DNA of 64,000 nt from Gemmatimonadota bacterium (GCA_009692185.1 SHZT01000014.1:48-64047), one strand, 5' to 3'. Shown: positions 1-9,910, counted from the first letter of the stretch. Notes: generated from the sequence alone by a model not told the origin. Translations and numbers: made by a program.

Positions 1-102
<102 letters not shown>

Positions 103-108
103 TCAACG

Positions 109-175
109 AACGCGGATGTCGGAACGCGGAACGGCAATCAAACCGTTCCGACTTCCGGCTTCCGCGTTCCGCGTT
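109..175. repeat. Palindrome with 7-nt periodic arms, probable tmRNA terminator
   Basis: Left arm AACGCGG/ATGTCGG/AACGCGG/AACGG; right arm CCGTT/CCGACTT/CCGGCTT/CCGCGTT/CCGCGTT; followed by TGTTT. Confidence 0.75.
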
Positions 176-231
176 TGTTTAGGGGTTTCCCCCTATTGCT
201 CCCCCGGCCTCAGCGTGGCCTATTTCCCGTC

Positions 232-888
232 ATGGACGTCCTGGTCATCGAAGACGAAGCCAGCATGCGTAGGGCGTTCTCCAAGGTCCTGGAGAAGGCC
301 GGGTACATGGTCACGGAAGTGGACAACGGGCTGGCCGCCCTCGCCGCGATCCAGGAAGCGCCGTTTCGCGCCATCGTCTGCGATCTCGGCCTGCCGTTCC
401 TCAAGGGCAAGACGTTCTACGAGAACTTGCTCACCGACTACCCCGAGGCGGCGGAGCGCGTCCTGTTCGTGACGGGTCTCGCGCACGACCCCGAGACACG
501 GAAATTCCTTGAGAAGACGGGCCGGCCGTTCCTGGCAAAACCGGTCGAACTGGCCGAGTTCGTGACTGCGGTCAAGCACATCATCTTGCACAGCCGTCCC
601 AGCCGCCGCCCCGCCGATAGATTCTTCTCCTCGGCGTCAACCAGTCGTGACAATTCAAACGGTCAAGGAGCCAGGTATGCGGATGGTAACGGTTGCTCAG
701 GCGTTGCTGGCGTTCGGCGTGGTCGCGGCGGTCGCGGCGAATCCGGCTTCTGCGCAAAAGGGAAAAGCAGCGGCGCCCATGGCCCCGGCCGGTCCGGCGG
801 CATTGGCCGGTCGCTGGGAAGGCACGTATACCAACGACATGACCCAGAAGGGCGGCCGTCTGGTCATCACCCTGACTGGAAGCGATGA
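232..888 (+). CDS. Single-domain response regulator receiver with an aberrant read-through tail
   Basis: VLVIEDE, IVCDLGLP (phospho-Asp), FVTG and AKP motifs. The domain ends near 590 but the frame stays open to 888, overlapping the next gene. Confidence 0.7.
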   Translation: MDVLVIEDEASMRRAFSKVLEKAGYMVTEVDNGLAALAAIQEAPFRAIVCDLGLPFLKGKTFYENLLTDYPEAAERVLFVTGLAHDPETRKFLEKTGRPFLAKPVELAEFVTAVKHIILHSRPSRRPADRFFSSASTSRDNSNGQGARYADGNGCSGVAGVRRGRGGRGESGFCAKGKSSGAHGPGRSGGIGRSLGRHVYQRHDPEGRPSGHHPDWKR

Positions 889-1204
889 ATCCGCGATGGG
901 TGAGGTCGCGCTGACCCCCGTGGGCGCCAAGGGCTCCGTCCTGGCAGAGGGCGTTTCCGCCCCGACCGCCAAGGGCCCGGGCGGCCTGCCGGTGACACTC
1001 ATGAAGACCGGCGATGACAAAGTCTCCGGCAGCGTCGACGCCGCCTACACCGACCCCGGCTGCGACTGCACCGTGATTACCTCGGTGGATGCGACGCTCA
1101 ATGGTTCCACCCTGTCCGGTTCTTTGGCCGCACGCGATTCCAAGACCGGCAACTGGAACTTCACGTCGTTCACCGCCACGAAGGGCGCAGCCGCGCGTCG
1201 GTAA
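677..1204 (+). CDS. Secreted hypothetical beta-rich protein
   Basis: AAGGAG RBS at 665-670; signal peptide ending ASA-Q; LAGRWEGTY and DPGCDC motifs; followed by a terminator. Confidence 0.75.
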   Translation: MRMVTVAQALLAFGVVAAVAANPASAQKGKAAAPMAPAGPAALAGRWEGTYTNDMTQKGGRLVITLTGSDESAMGEVALTPVGAKGSVLAEGVSAPTAKGPGGLPVTLMKTGDDKVSGSVDAAYTDPGCDCTVITSVDATLNGSTLSGSLAARDSKTGNWNFTSFTATKGAAARR

Positions 1205-1227
1205 ACGGCCGACAGGACTGATGACCG

Positions 1228-1263
1228 AGACGGACGGGCCGAGCGGCCCGTCCGTCTTCGTTT
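1228..1263 (+). terminator. Intrinsic terminator
   Basis: AGACGGACGGGCC-GAGC-GGCCCGTCCGTCT stem followed by TCGTTT. Confidence 0.75.
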
Positions 1264-1280
1264 ACGGTATGTTTCGGCAG

Positions 1281-2609
1281 ATGATCAGCGACCTCCCCAC
1301 CCGCCTCCGCGCTCACATCGAACGCTCTGGACTGTTCACCCGTCCGGGCGTCGCCTTGCTGGCCGTGAGCGGCGGACCGGACTCGGTGGCGTTGCTGGGC
1401 CTGATGGCCGGTCTCGCGGGAGACCTGGGCTTGACGCTGGCCGTTGGTCACGTGGACCACGGCATCTCGCCCGACAGCGCGGATGTCGCGGAATCCGTCA
1501 TGGCCCAGGGCGTCCGCCACGGGATCCCAGGGCACCTCGTCACCTTGAACCTCGGGCCCGATGCATCGGAAACGACGGCCCGCCGTGAACGGTATCGGGC
1601 ATTGCGTGGCATCCAGAGCAAGATCGGCGCGGCGTACCTCGTCACCGCCCACCATGCAGATGACCAGGTCGAAACCGTCCTGTACCGGGTTCTCCGCGGC
1701 AGTGCGCCCGCCGGCCTTGCCGGGATTCTGCCGCTGGGGCCCGACGGCCTCGTGCGTCCGTTGTTGCCGTTCAGGCGGGCCGAGGTGCGCGCGTCGTTGG
1801 GTTCCCGGCCCGCGTTCGAGGATCCCGCCAACGCGAACGTCCGCCACGATCGCTCCTGGCTCCGGGTCGAACTTCTCCCGTTGTTGCGTGAGCGATTCGG
1901 CGACGTCGAAACCAGGCTCCTCGGCCTCCAGCGCTACGCCGCGCAGGAACGGAGCGCGTGGGCCGGCGTTCTGCGCTCTCTCCCGGGTCTCGATTTTCGC
2001 GCCGAAGGCGGAGCGACCAGCGTGGCCTGCGCTTTCGTGCAGACATGTGATAAATTGTTGTCAGTGGCGCTCTTGCGGGCCTTGGCCCGGGAGGCGGGTG
2101 TCGTCGTTGGTCCGAACCGGGCGGCCCGCCTTGCGGGATTCGTGGCCGGTGGGAAAAGCGGCTCACGGATGGAGCTGGGGCAGGGAGCACTCGCCGAGCT
2201 GGCGTTCGGCCGGCTCCGCATCGTGAAACTCGCGCCGGGCATCTATCCTGCGGCCAGGTGGGGCGACGGCGACGCCGGTCGCGCGGAGTGGGATGGCTGG
2301 GAAATTGCGTGGCGCCGCGAGGCAGCCGGGGAGAGTACGCGACGTGGATTCAGCGCGTGGGTGCTGGTGTCGTCCGGTGAGGTTCGTGCGCCCGAACGGG
2401 GCGACCGGATTCTTCCCCTCGGCGGGGTGGGGCATCGGCCGGTGCGGCGTGTGCTGATGGAGGCCCAGGTATCACGGCTCGATCGTGCCGGGTACCCGGT
2501 GATCGTGCGGGACGGCCGGCTGCTGTGGCTGCCGGGCGTGTGCCGGTCGAGCGTGGACGTTCCCGTGCGGGGCGCCGAGGCGCTGAGGGTTGATGTCCGC
2601 GCGCGTTGA
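1281..2609 (+). CDS. tilS: tRNA(Ile)-lysidine synthetase
   Basis: AVSGGPDS PP-loop, HVDHG, TAHHADDQVET, RPLL; conserved tilS-hpt-ftsH order. Confidence 0.95.
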   Translation: MISDLPTRLRAHIERSGLFTRPGVALLAVSGGPDSVALLGLMAGLAGDLGLTLAVGHVDHGISPDSADVAESVMAQGVRHGIPGHLVTLNLGPDASETTARRERYRALRGIQSKIGAAYLVTAHHADDQVETVLYRVLRGSAPAGLAGILPLGPDGLVRPLLPFRRAEVRASLGSRPAFEDPANANVRHDRSWLRVELLPLLRERFGDVETRLLGLQRYAAQERSAWAGVLRSLPGLDFRAEGGATSVACAFVQTCDKLLSVALLRALAREAGVVVGPNRAARLAGFVAGGKSGSRMELGQGALAELAFGRLRIVKLAPGIYPAARWGDGDAGRAEWDGWEIAWRREAAGESTRRGFSAWVLVSSGEVRAPERGDRILPLGGVGHRPVRRVLMEAQVSRLDRAGYPVIVRDGRLLWLPGVCRSSVDVPVRGAEALRVDVRAR

Positions 2610-3153
2610 GCCGGTGGTCCCGGGTTCGGTGGACCGCGTGAGCGGCGTCGCCATTTCGGCGGAGCAGATTGCCGCGCGGGTGAAGGAGTTGGGACAGGAA
2701 ATCGCCGATCACTATCCCACGGGCGATCTCCTCGTGCTCGGCTTGCTGAAGGGAAGCTTCATCTTCTTGGGCGACCTGGTGCGGAACATTCCGCGCCCGA
2801 TGCAGGTTGATTTCCTGGTGGCGTCCTCCTACGGCAGTGGCACCACCACGTCAGGCGAGGTCCGCTTGGTGTACGATCCGGAAACGCATCTCGAGGGTAG
2901 ACACATTCTGCTGGTGGAAGACATCGTGGATTCGGGCAACACGCTGAACCGCCTGGTGCGCGTACTGCGCCAGCGGAAGCCGCGGAGCCTCGACATCTGC
3001 GCCCTGCTCCACAAGCGGATTGCCAAGGGGTTGGAGCTGGAGGCGCGCTTCGTGGGTTTCGACGCGCCGCCGCTGTTCCTGGTGGGGTATGGACTCGACC
3101 ACGCCGAGAACTACCGGCACCTCCCGTATATCGCGAGTCTCAAGGAGTTGTGA
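2593..3153 (+). CDS. hpt: Hypoxanthine phosphoribosyltransferase
   Basis: GLLKGSFIF, LLVEDIVDSGNTL PRPP motif, VGYGLD. Confidence 0.97.
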   Translation: MSARVEPVVPGSVDRVSGVAISAEQIAARVKELGQEIADHYPTGDLLVLGLLKGSFIFLGDLVRNIPRPMQVDFLVASSYGSGTTTSGEVRLVYDPETHLEGRHILLVEDIVDSGNTLNRLVRVLRQRKPRSLDICALLHKRIAKGLELEARFVGFDAPPLFLVGYGLDHAENYRHLPYIASLKEL

Positions 3154-3159
3154 GCGAAC

Positions 3160-5151
3160 ATGGCTGATCGTCCAACACCGCCGAACCGCAAGCTGAACTG
3201 GGCCACCATGAGCCGGAATGTCGTGTTCTGGGTGCTCATCGTGCTGGTGCCGATCGCGTTTTACAACATGGTCGGGGCGGGGCGGGAGACGTATATCGAG
3301 ATCCCCTACTCCACGTTCAGCACCGAGGTCGATCGCGGGAACGTCGAGAAGGCGGAGCTGACCAGCGGGAAGTTCGTGCAGGGCGCGTTCCGGACTCCGG
3401 TCCCCTCCGAGGGGCGCAAGGTAGACCGTTTCCGGGTCATCCTCCCGGTGCAGGATTCCGAGCTGCTGATCCAGCGGCTCGAGCAGAAAGGCGTGCAGAT
3501 CGACGCGAAGGAACCACGGCCCTCGTTCGGCACCGTGTTCCTCCAGCTCCTGCCGTGGGTCATTCTCATCGGCCTTTGGGTTGTCTTTTTCCGACAGGTA
3601 CAGCAGGGCGGGAACCGGGCGTTCGCGTTCGGGAAGTCCAAGGCCAAGCTGCTCACCGGCGACACACCCAAGGTGACCTTTGGCGACGTGGCCGGGTGTG
3701 ACGAGGCCAAGGTCGAACTGCAGGAAATCATCGAGTTCCTCAAGGACCCGCAGAAATTCCAGCGGCTGGGTGGCCGGTTGCCCAAGGGCGTCCTGCTCGT
3801 GGGCCCGCCCGGAACCGGCAAGACCCTGCTGGCCCGCGCGGTCGCGGGTGAAGCGGGGCGGCCGTTCTTCTCCATGTCCGGCTCTGATTTCGTGGAAATG
3901 TTTGTCGGCGTCGGCGCGTCCCGCGTGCGCGACCTCTTCGAACAGGGCAAGGCGCACGCGCCGTGCATCATTTTCATCGACGAGATCGACGCCGTCGGCC
4001 GGCACCGCGGTGCGGGCCTGGGCGGCGGCCATGACGAGCGGGAGCAGACCCTGAACCAGCTCCTCGTCGAAATGGACGGCTTCGAGTCGAACGAGGGCGT
4101 CATCCTCATCGCGGCCACCAACCGGCCTGACGTGCTGGACCCGGCGTTGCTGCGTCCCGGCCGGTTCGACCGGCAGGTCGTCGTGGACATGCCGGACGTG
4201 CGCGGCCGCGAGATGATTCTCCGGGTGCACGCGCGAAAAATCCCGCTGACCGACGACGTGCGGCTTGACACGATCGCCAAGTCCACGCCCGGACTCGCCG
4301 GTGCGGACCTCGCCAACATCGTGAATGAGGCCGCCCTGCTCGCGGCGCGGCGCGGCAAGTCGCGGGTGGACATGTCCGACTTCGAGGATGCGAAGGACAA
4401 GGTCATGCTCGGTGTCGAGCGCCGGAGCCTGGTCCTGACGGACGAGGAGCGGAAGATCACGGCCTACCATGAGGCTGGGCACGCACTGGTGAGCGCGCGT
4501 CTCCCCGGCCTGGATCCGATCCACAAGGTATCGATCGTGCCCCGGGGGCGTTCGCTCGGGCTTACGTTCTCGTTGCCGGAAGTGGACCGGCACAACTACA
4601 CCAAGGAATACATCCACGCGCGGCTGGCCATGTCGTACGGGGGCCGGGTGGCCGAACAGCTGATCTTCGGTCCGGAGAAAGTCACGACCGGCGCGGCGCA
4701 GGACATTTTGCAGGCCACCGAGATGGCGCGCCGCATGGTGACGCAGTTCGGCATGAGCGACGCGGTCGGTCCCGTCGCGGTGGGCGACCGGGAGCAGCAG
4801 GTTTTCCTCGGCCGGGACTTCTCGCAGCGACGGGAGATCTCGGATAAGACCGCCGAGACCGTGGATGCGGAAGTGAAGCGGATCCTGGACGAGGCCTATC
4901 GCCGCGCCCGTGAGGTGCTCGAGGGGAACATGGAGTTTCTCCACAAAATGGCGACGGCCCTCCTCGAGCGAGAGACGCTGGATCGTGAGGACGTGGAACT
5001 GCTGGTCAGTGGCCTCCCGCTCCCGCCGCGTCCGCTGCCCGCGGCCGTCCTGCCCCCACCCGGCCCGGAGAAGCCCGCCCCGGAAAAGGCCCGTGCGCCC
5101 GAACGCGGTCCGCTGCTTGGTGCGCCGCCCGCCGAACCCGCCGGGGCGTGA
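3160..5151 (+). CDS. ftsH: ATP-dependent zinc metalloprotease FtsH
   Basis: Two TM segments, GPPGTGKT Walker A, FIDEIDA Walker B, HEAGH zinc motif. Confidence 0.98.
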   Translation: MADRPTPPNRKLNWATMSRNVVFWVLIVLVPIAFYNMVGAGRETYIEIPYSTFSTEVDRGNVEKAELTSGKFVQGAFRTPVPSEGRKVDRFRVILPVQDSELLIQRLEQKGVQIDAKEPRPSFGTVFLQLLPWVILIGLWVVFFRQVQQGGNRAFAFGKSKAKLLTGDTPKVTFGDVAGCDEAKVELQEIIEFLKDPQKFQRLGGRLPKGVLLVGPPGTGKTLLARAVAGEAGRPFFSMSGSDFVEMFVGVGASRVRDLFEQGKAHAPCIIFIDEIDAVGRHRGAGLGGGHDEREQTLNQLLVEMDGFESNEGVILIAATNRPDVLDPALLRPGRFDRQVVVDMPDVRGREMILRVHARKIPLTDDVRLDTIAKSTPGLAGADLANIVNEAALLAARRGKSRVDMSDFEDAKDKVMLGVERRSLVLTDEERKITAYHEAGHALVSARLPGLDPIHKVSIVPRGRSLGLTFSLPEVDRHNYTKEYIHARLAMSYGGRVAEQLIFGPEKVTTGAAQDILQATEMARRMVTQFGMSDAVGPVAVGDREQQVFLGRDFSQRREISDKTAETVDAEVKRILDEAYRRAREVLEGNMEFLHKMATALLERETLDREDVELLVSGLPLPPRPLPAAVLPPPGPEKPAPEKARAPERGPLLGAPPAEPAGA

Positions 5152-6065
5152 GCGCCTCACCCCCTATCCCCGCACCCCTTTCCCCCTCTCCGCTGGCGGA
5201 GAGGGGGAATTCGTATGCGGGTGACGCCTGGCTCACGGCACGGGGTGCCATTTCCCTCGCGCGGCCGGTGGTGGTCGGTATCCTCAACGTCACCCCGGAT
5301 TCGTTCAGCGACGGCGGGCAGTTCCTCGACCCGCAGGCGGCGCTGAAGCATGCCGCCGCGCTGATCGAGGAAGGCGCGGACCTTCTCGATGTCGGCGCGG
5401 AGTCCACGCGGCCCGGACGCCCGGAGCCGGTGTTCGCCAGCGAAGAATGGCGCCGGCTCGAGCCGGTGCTGACCGGGCTCGTCAAGAGATTCCCGTCCGT
5501 TCCGGTGAGCGTGGACACGGTCAAGTCCGACGTCGCGCGGCGGGCCCTGGACGCGGGTGCGTGGATCATCAACGACGTCTCCGGATTGCGGCTGGACCCC
5601 GAAATTGCCGCGGTGTGTGCCGCCCAAGGTGCCGGCCTGGTCCTGATGCATTCGCGCGGCACGGTGAGCGACATGGCGACCTACGACCACGCGAGCTACG
5701 ACGACGTGATGGCGAACGTGACGCGCGAGATGGCGGAGGCTGTCCGCGTCGCGGAAGGGCGGGGTGTCGCGCGGAATCGCATCGTTGTTGACCCCGGCCT
5801 CGGATTCGCCAAACGGCCGGAGCACAACGTCGAGGTGCTGCGTCGCCTCGATACCATCGGCGCCCTCGGATTGCCCATCATGGTGGGCCCGTCCCGGAAG
5901 CGGTTTCTCGGCCAGATCACCGGCCGCGACATCGGCGATCGCGACAGCGCCACGGCGGCCGCGTGCGTGGCGGCCTGGTTCGGGGGCGCGCGTCTCTTCC
6001 GGGTGCACGCCGTGCGGGTGGTGCGGGACGCGCTCCAGGTGGCCCACGCGGTGCGGCCGGCCTGA
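5148..6065 (+). CDS. folP: Dihydropteroate synthase
   Basis: GILNVTPDSFSDGG, GAESTRPG, DPGLGFAK, SRKRF, RVH. Confidence 0.96.
   Translation: MSASPPIPAPLSPSPLAERGNSYAGDAWLTARGAISLARPVVVGILNVTPDSFSDGGQFLDPQAALKHAAALIEEGADLLDVGAESTRPGRPEPVFASEEWRRLEPVLTGLVKRFPSVPVSVDTVKSDVARRALDAGAWIINDVSGLRLDPEIAAVCAAQGAGLVLMHSRGTVSDMATYDHASYDDVMANVTREMAEAVRVAEGRGVARNRIVVDPGLGFAKRPEHNVEVLRRLDTIGALGLPIMVGPSRKRFLGQITGRDIGDRDSATAAACVAAWFGGARLFRVHAVRVVRDALQVAHAVRPA
5155..5209. repeat. REP-like CCTCACCCC...CCCTCTCC/GGAGAGGG hairpin inside the folP 5' end
   Basis: Perfect inverted repeat TTCCCCCTCTCCGC / GCGGAGAGGGGGAA (5180-5209) preceded by CCTCACCCC; related copy at 46792-46826. Confidence 0.7.
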
Positions 6066-6865
6066 TGCAGCTCGATCACTTCGGGTTCCTGGTGCCCGGC
6101 TGGCGCGACATTCTCCAGATCCTGATCGTCGCGGCCGTGGTCTACCGTCTCCTGCTGTTCCTGGCGGGGACCCGCGCCCTGGAGATCCTGCTGGGGTTGA
6201 TCGTCCTGACGGCGGCGTACTTCGCGGCGCTGGTGCTCAAGTTCAACATGATCGCCACACTGCTGGGCGTGGTGTTCACGTACGGCACGTTCGCGGTCAT
6301 CGTCGTATTCCAGCCCGAGCTAAGGCATGCGCTGGCGCGGCTGGGCCGTTCACGCGCGGTGAACCTGTTCGCGTCGTCGAGCACATTCGAGGTGGCCGAC
6401 GAGGTGGCCGAGGCCGTGGAGCGGCTCGCGCGGACGGGCACCGGGGCGATCATCGCGGTCGAACGGGACGTGGCACTCAATGACTTCGTGGAGTCCGGTA
6501 CCGAAATGATCGCGGCCGTGTCCGCCGACTTGATCACGACCATCTTCACGCCCTACTCGCCGCTCCACGATGGCGCCGTGCTGATTCGCGGCGACCAGAT
6601 CGTGGCGGCCGGGTGCGTGCTTCCGCTTACCCAGTTCCCCGTCGCGGACAAGTCGCTCGGCACGCGGCACCGCGCCGCGCTCGGTCTTTCGGAAGAGACC
6701 GATGCCATAGTCGTCGTGGTGTCCGAGGAAACCTCGAGTATCTCGGTGGCCATTCGCGGCAAGCTCCAGCGCGGTCTCTCTGCGGCGGAGTTGCGCGACG
6801 TCCTCGCTGGCCGCCGACCGGCGATCGCCCTCGCGCAGGCGGCGGGGGGATCGCCCGCCACCTGA
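6065..6865 (+). CDS. cdaA: Diadenylate cyclase CdaA/DacA
   Basis: Three N-terminal TM helices, VFQPELR, catalytic PLHDGA and GTRHRAA motifs, VVSEETS. Confidence 0.93.
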   Translation: MQLDHFGFLVPGWRDILQILIVAAVVYRLLLFLAGTRALEILLGLIVLTAAYFAALVLKFNMIATLLGVVFTYGTFAVIVVFQPELRHALARLGRSRAVNLFASSSTFEVADEVAEAVERLARTGTGAIIAVERDVALNDFVESGTEMIAAVSADLITTIFTPYSPLHDGAVLIRGDQIVAAGCVLPLTQFPVADKSLGTRHRAALGLSEETDAIVVVVSEETSSISVAIRGKLQRGLSAAELRDVLAGRRPAIALAQAAGGSPAT

Positions 6866-6881
6866 CCCTTACATTCCGGCC

Positions 6882-9248
6882 ATGACGAATACTCCAGTCC
6901 AGTCACGCACCGTCGCGCTTGCCGCGCTCGGCGTCTTCGCGGTCGTCCTCGGCGGGTACGTCTGGACGCTCGCGCCCACGGTCACGTTCTGGGACGCGGG
7001 GGAGTTCATCGCGGCGTCGAAGATCCTCGGCATCCCGCACCCGCCGGGGACGCCGCTCTTCCTGCTCCTGGCGCACGTGTGGGGCGCCATCGTGCCGGCG
7101 GGGGAATTCGCCCACCGCACCAACCTGATGGCCGCCATCTTCAGCGCCGCGGGCGCGGCCCTGTTCTTCGTGCTGGTCACGCATGCCCTGGACGAGAAGG
7201 ATGCCGTCCTTCGCTACGGCGGGGCGGCGGCGGCCAGCGTGCTCTCGGCGTTCGTGTTCACCGTGTGGCAGAATTCGAACGAAACCGAGGTCTACATGGT
7301 GGCCACCTTCAGCATCGCGCTGATCTGCTGGCTGGCCTACCTGTGGCGTGCGGCCCGGGGCACCGGGCGGGCCGCGCACCTGCTCCTGCTCATCGTGTTC
7401 GTCGCCGCCCTGTCGCTCGGCGCCCACCTGCTCACCCTCCTCGTGGGCCCCGCGCTGATCGGCTTCATGTTCTACGTCCTCCGCACGTCGCCGCTCCCTG
7501 AGGAACGGGACCGCCGGGTGGAATGGGCGCAGTGGGCCGTGGTCATGGGCGTCTGGGCGCTCCTGATCGGCACGGGGCTCGGGAGCACCGGCTTGCTGAT
7601 CGTCGGCGGCGTGCTCTTCGTCGGCGCCACCGCGTACGCGTTTGCAGCCGGCTCGGCCGGATTCGCCGTCGCGGTCCTGGCGGTCGCGGCTGTGGGCGCC
7701 TCGACCTACCTGTTCCTCTACGTGCGCGCCGGGCTCCATCCGTACATCAACGAGGCCGACCCCTCCACGTGGGAGGCGCTCAAGGCGGTGATTCGCCGGG
7801 AGCAGTACCCGGCCCGGTCACCGTTCGACAACCCGATGTTCTACTCGGGGCCCGACAACCCGGGGCGCACCTTCCAGCTCATCTGGTGGCAGGTCGTGAA
7901 CTACCTCCAGTACTTCGACTGGCAGTGGGCCAACGGGCTCGCGCCGACCAAGCCGGTGTTCGCACCGGTGCGGCTCCCGTTCACGCTGGCGTTTTCTGCG
8001 CTGGGCATCTACGGGGCGAACGAGCTTCGGCGCCGGGACCGCGGAGTCTTCTGGCTTCTCTTCCTGTTGTTTCTCACCACGGGCCCGGTCCTGCTCGGGT
8101 ACATGAACTTCAAGCCCGGGTTCTCCCTGGCATACGATCTCTGGCCGGGCGGGGAAAACCACGAGGTGCGGGAGCGGGACTACTTCTTCACCGTCTCGTA
8201 CCAGATGTGGGGCCTGTTCGCGGGCCTGGGGCTCGCGGGCATCTACCGCGCGCTGCGTGACCAGTTCAAGGACTGGCGGCCGGCGTCAGCGGTATTCGTC
8301 GTGGCGGCGATTCCGTTCGCCCTGAACTTCAGGGCGGCGAGCCGCGCGCACGGGCCTGACGCGCAGCTTGCCCGCGACTTCGCCTACGACCTGCTCCAGT
8401 CGGTGGAGCCGTACGGCCTGCTGTTCACCAACGGGGACAACGACACGTTCCCCTTGTGGTACCTCCAGGAAGCGGAAGGTGTCCGGCAGGACGTCCAGGT
8501 AGTGAACCTGTCGCTGGTTTCCACGGACTGGTTCATTCGCCAGCTGCGCGATAACCGGGTGCGCCGGTTCGACGCCCGGCAGGCACCGTGGATGGCGCAC
8601 CTCGCGCCATCCGCGCCGCCGCCGCCGCCCCACAGCCTGACGGACGCGCAGATCGCGCAGGTCGTGCCGCAGCTCCTGTCGGACGACTATGTCTTCCGGC
8701 AGGGGAAGGTCGAGGTGGTCTTCAAGGCGGGGACGGCGCTGTACCAGGCCCAGATCATGACCTTGCGCCTGATCCAGGAGAACCTGGGCCGGCGGCCCAT
8801 CTATTTTTCCATAACAGCTGGAAGTAGCGCCTGGGCGGGGCTCAACAAGTACCTGACCCAGGACGCGCTCGTCCTGCGGCTGAACCCCGATGTGCCGAGG
8901 GACTCTAACCGGCTGGAGACGGGGCTCTTCAACGCCATGGTAGATGTCCCGCGGACCGATTCGCTGGCCTGGCACGTGTACCGCTACGCCCGTCTGTTCG
9001 ACGTGGACTCGCTGGACCTGGACCCGACCGCGCAGAACATCGCCAGCAACCTGAGCATTCCGTTCCTGACGCTGGGCAACGCCTGGGCGCTGAAGGCGGA
9101 CCGCGTGCGGAGCGTGGAGAACTTCCGGCGGGCCTATCACCTTTCGCCAAGCCCCGATCTGCTGCGGGTGACGGAATCTCTCGCCACGATCACGGAGGCG
9201 CCGGCGCTGCCCCCCGATACCGCGAAGCGGCGCGCGCCGCAGCGGTAG
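6882..9248 (+). CDS. DUF2723-family multi-TM membrane protein (GT-C/TMEM260-like)
   Basis: WDAGEFIAAS..LGIPHPPGTPLF, EVRERDYFF, FTNGDNDTFPLWYLQE. Confidence 0.88.
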   Translation: MTNTPVQSRTVALAALGVFAVVLGGYVWTLAPTVTFWDAGEFIAASKILGIPHPPGTPLFLLLAHVWGAIVPAGEFAHRTNLMAAIFSAAGAALFFVLVTHALDEKDAVLRYGGAAAASVLSAFVFTVWQNSNETEVYMVATFSIALICWLAYLWRAARGTGRAAHLLLLIVFVAALSLGAHLLTLLVGPALIGFMFYVLRTSPLPEERDRRVEWAQWAVVMGVWALLIGTGLGSTGLLIVGGVLFVGATAYAFAAGSAGFAVAVLAVAAVGASTYLFLYVRAGLHPYINEADPSTWEALKAVIRREQYPARSPFDNPMFYSGPDNPGRTFQLIWWQVVNYLQYFDWQWANGLAPTKPVFAPVRLPFTLAFSALGIYGANELRRRDRGVFWLLFLLFLTTGPVLLGYMNFKPGFSLAYDLWPGGENHEVRERDYFFTVSYQMWGLFAGLGLAGIYRALRDQFKDWRPASAVFVVAAIPFALNFRAASRAHGPDAQLARDFAYDLLQSVEPYGLLFTNGDNDTFPLWYLQEAEGVRQDVQVVNLSLVSTDWFIRQLRDNRVRRFDARQAPWMAHLAPSAPPPPPHSLTDAQIAQVVPQLLSDDYVFRQGKVEVVFKAGTALYQAQIMTLRLIQENLGRRPIYFSITAGSSAWAGLNKYLTQDALVLRLNPDVPRDSNRLETGLFNAMVDVPRTDSLAWHVYRYARLFDVDSLDLDPTAQNIASNLSIPFLTLGNAWALKADRVRSVENFRRAYHLSPSPDLLRVTESLATITEAPALPPDTAKRRAPQR

Positions 9249-9250
9249 CG

Positions 9251-9577
9251 CTACTCCAGGTCCAGCGCGATGCGCAGCGCCCGCGCCAGGGCGCGCACCT
9301 TCGAGGCCGGCAGGCTCCCCACGTAGTTCGTAAGGCGTGACTTCTCGATCAGGACCAGCTGGTCGCAATTGATGCAGGAGTCGTGCTTGAGCCCGACGTC
9401 CGGGCCTACCGGGACCTGGGTGTCGAGCCCGTCGTAGGTGGTATTGATGGGGGCGCACACCACATTCGCCGCCCTGGAATCCAGCAGCGTCTGCCGGCTG
9501 ACGGCCACATAGCACCGTGATTTCCGGGGATCGCCTCGGGCAGGTGGGGCGAGCCGGAAGATCTCCCCCCGCTTCAT
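9251..9577 (-). CDS. MazF/PemK-family toxin (mRNA interferase)
   Basis: MKRGEI..., R.YVAVS, VVCAPINT, GLKHDSCINCDQLVLIEKSRLTNYVGSL. Confidence 0.9.
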   Translation of the reverse strand: MKRGEIFRLAPPARGDPRKSRCYVAVSRQTLLDSRAANVVCAPINTTYDGLDTQVPVGPDVGLKHDSCINCDQLVLIEKSRLTNYVGSLPASKVRALARALRIALDLE

Positions 9578-9882
9578 GCGCGCTCGACGGGCACCTGGTC
9601 CCGCTTGGCCTCACGGGCCTCCGCGTTGAGTCGCGCCGCGTTGGCGTTGAGGATGGCGAGCTCGCGGGCGTGGCGCTGGCGTCGGACCAGGTACCGCAGG
9701 TATCGCCGCAGGGCGCGCTCGATCAGCGCCGAGCGTTGCGCCGTGCCGGCCACCGCGTCCGCCGCGGCGAGCAGCGTACTCGAAACGCTCACCGACGCCT
9801 TCGATTTCTTGCTGGGCTGACGGAGCAGGGCATCGAGCACGTTGGGGCTTGGTTCCCGCACTCGTCGTGGCGTATTGTTCAT
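9574..9882 (-). CDS. Ribbon-helix-helix antitoxin paired with the MazF-like toxin
   Basis: KASVSVSSTLLAAAD...RSALIERALRRYL RHH pattern; 4-nt overlap with the toxin start. Confidence 0.8.
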   Translation of the reverse strand: MNNTPRRVREPSPNVLDALLRQPSKKSKASVSVSSTLLAAADAVAGTAQRSALIERALRRYLRYLVRRQRHARELAILNANAARLNAEAREAKRDQVPVERA

Positions 9883-9910
9883 ACTACCAACTATACTACC
9901 TCCGGTAGTA
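9882..9910 (-). promoter_or_regulatory. TA promoter/operator
   Basis: TACTACC at 9882 and 9894 with the inverted copy GGTAGTA at 9904; minus-strand -10 TATAGT lies 7 nt before the ATG. Confidence 0.65.

Noticed and set aside
109-175. CRISPR array or attachment-site duplication after tmRNA
   Set aside because: The units are 7 nt with no spacers, there are no cas or integrase genes, and I saw no second copy of the tmRNA 3' end in the window.
2851-5160. Long antisense ORFs (also 18185-20032, 27543-30005, 37828-39504, 54798-56726, 57270-59486)
   Set aside because: These are shadow frames of well-supported genes in high-GC DNA and show no recognisable motifs.
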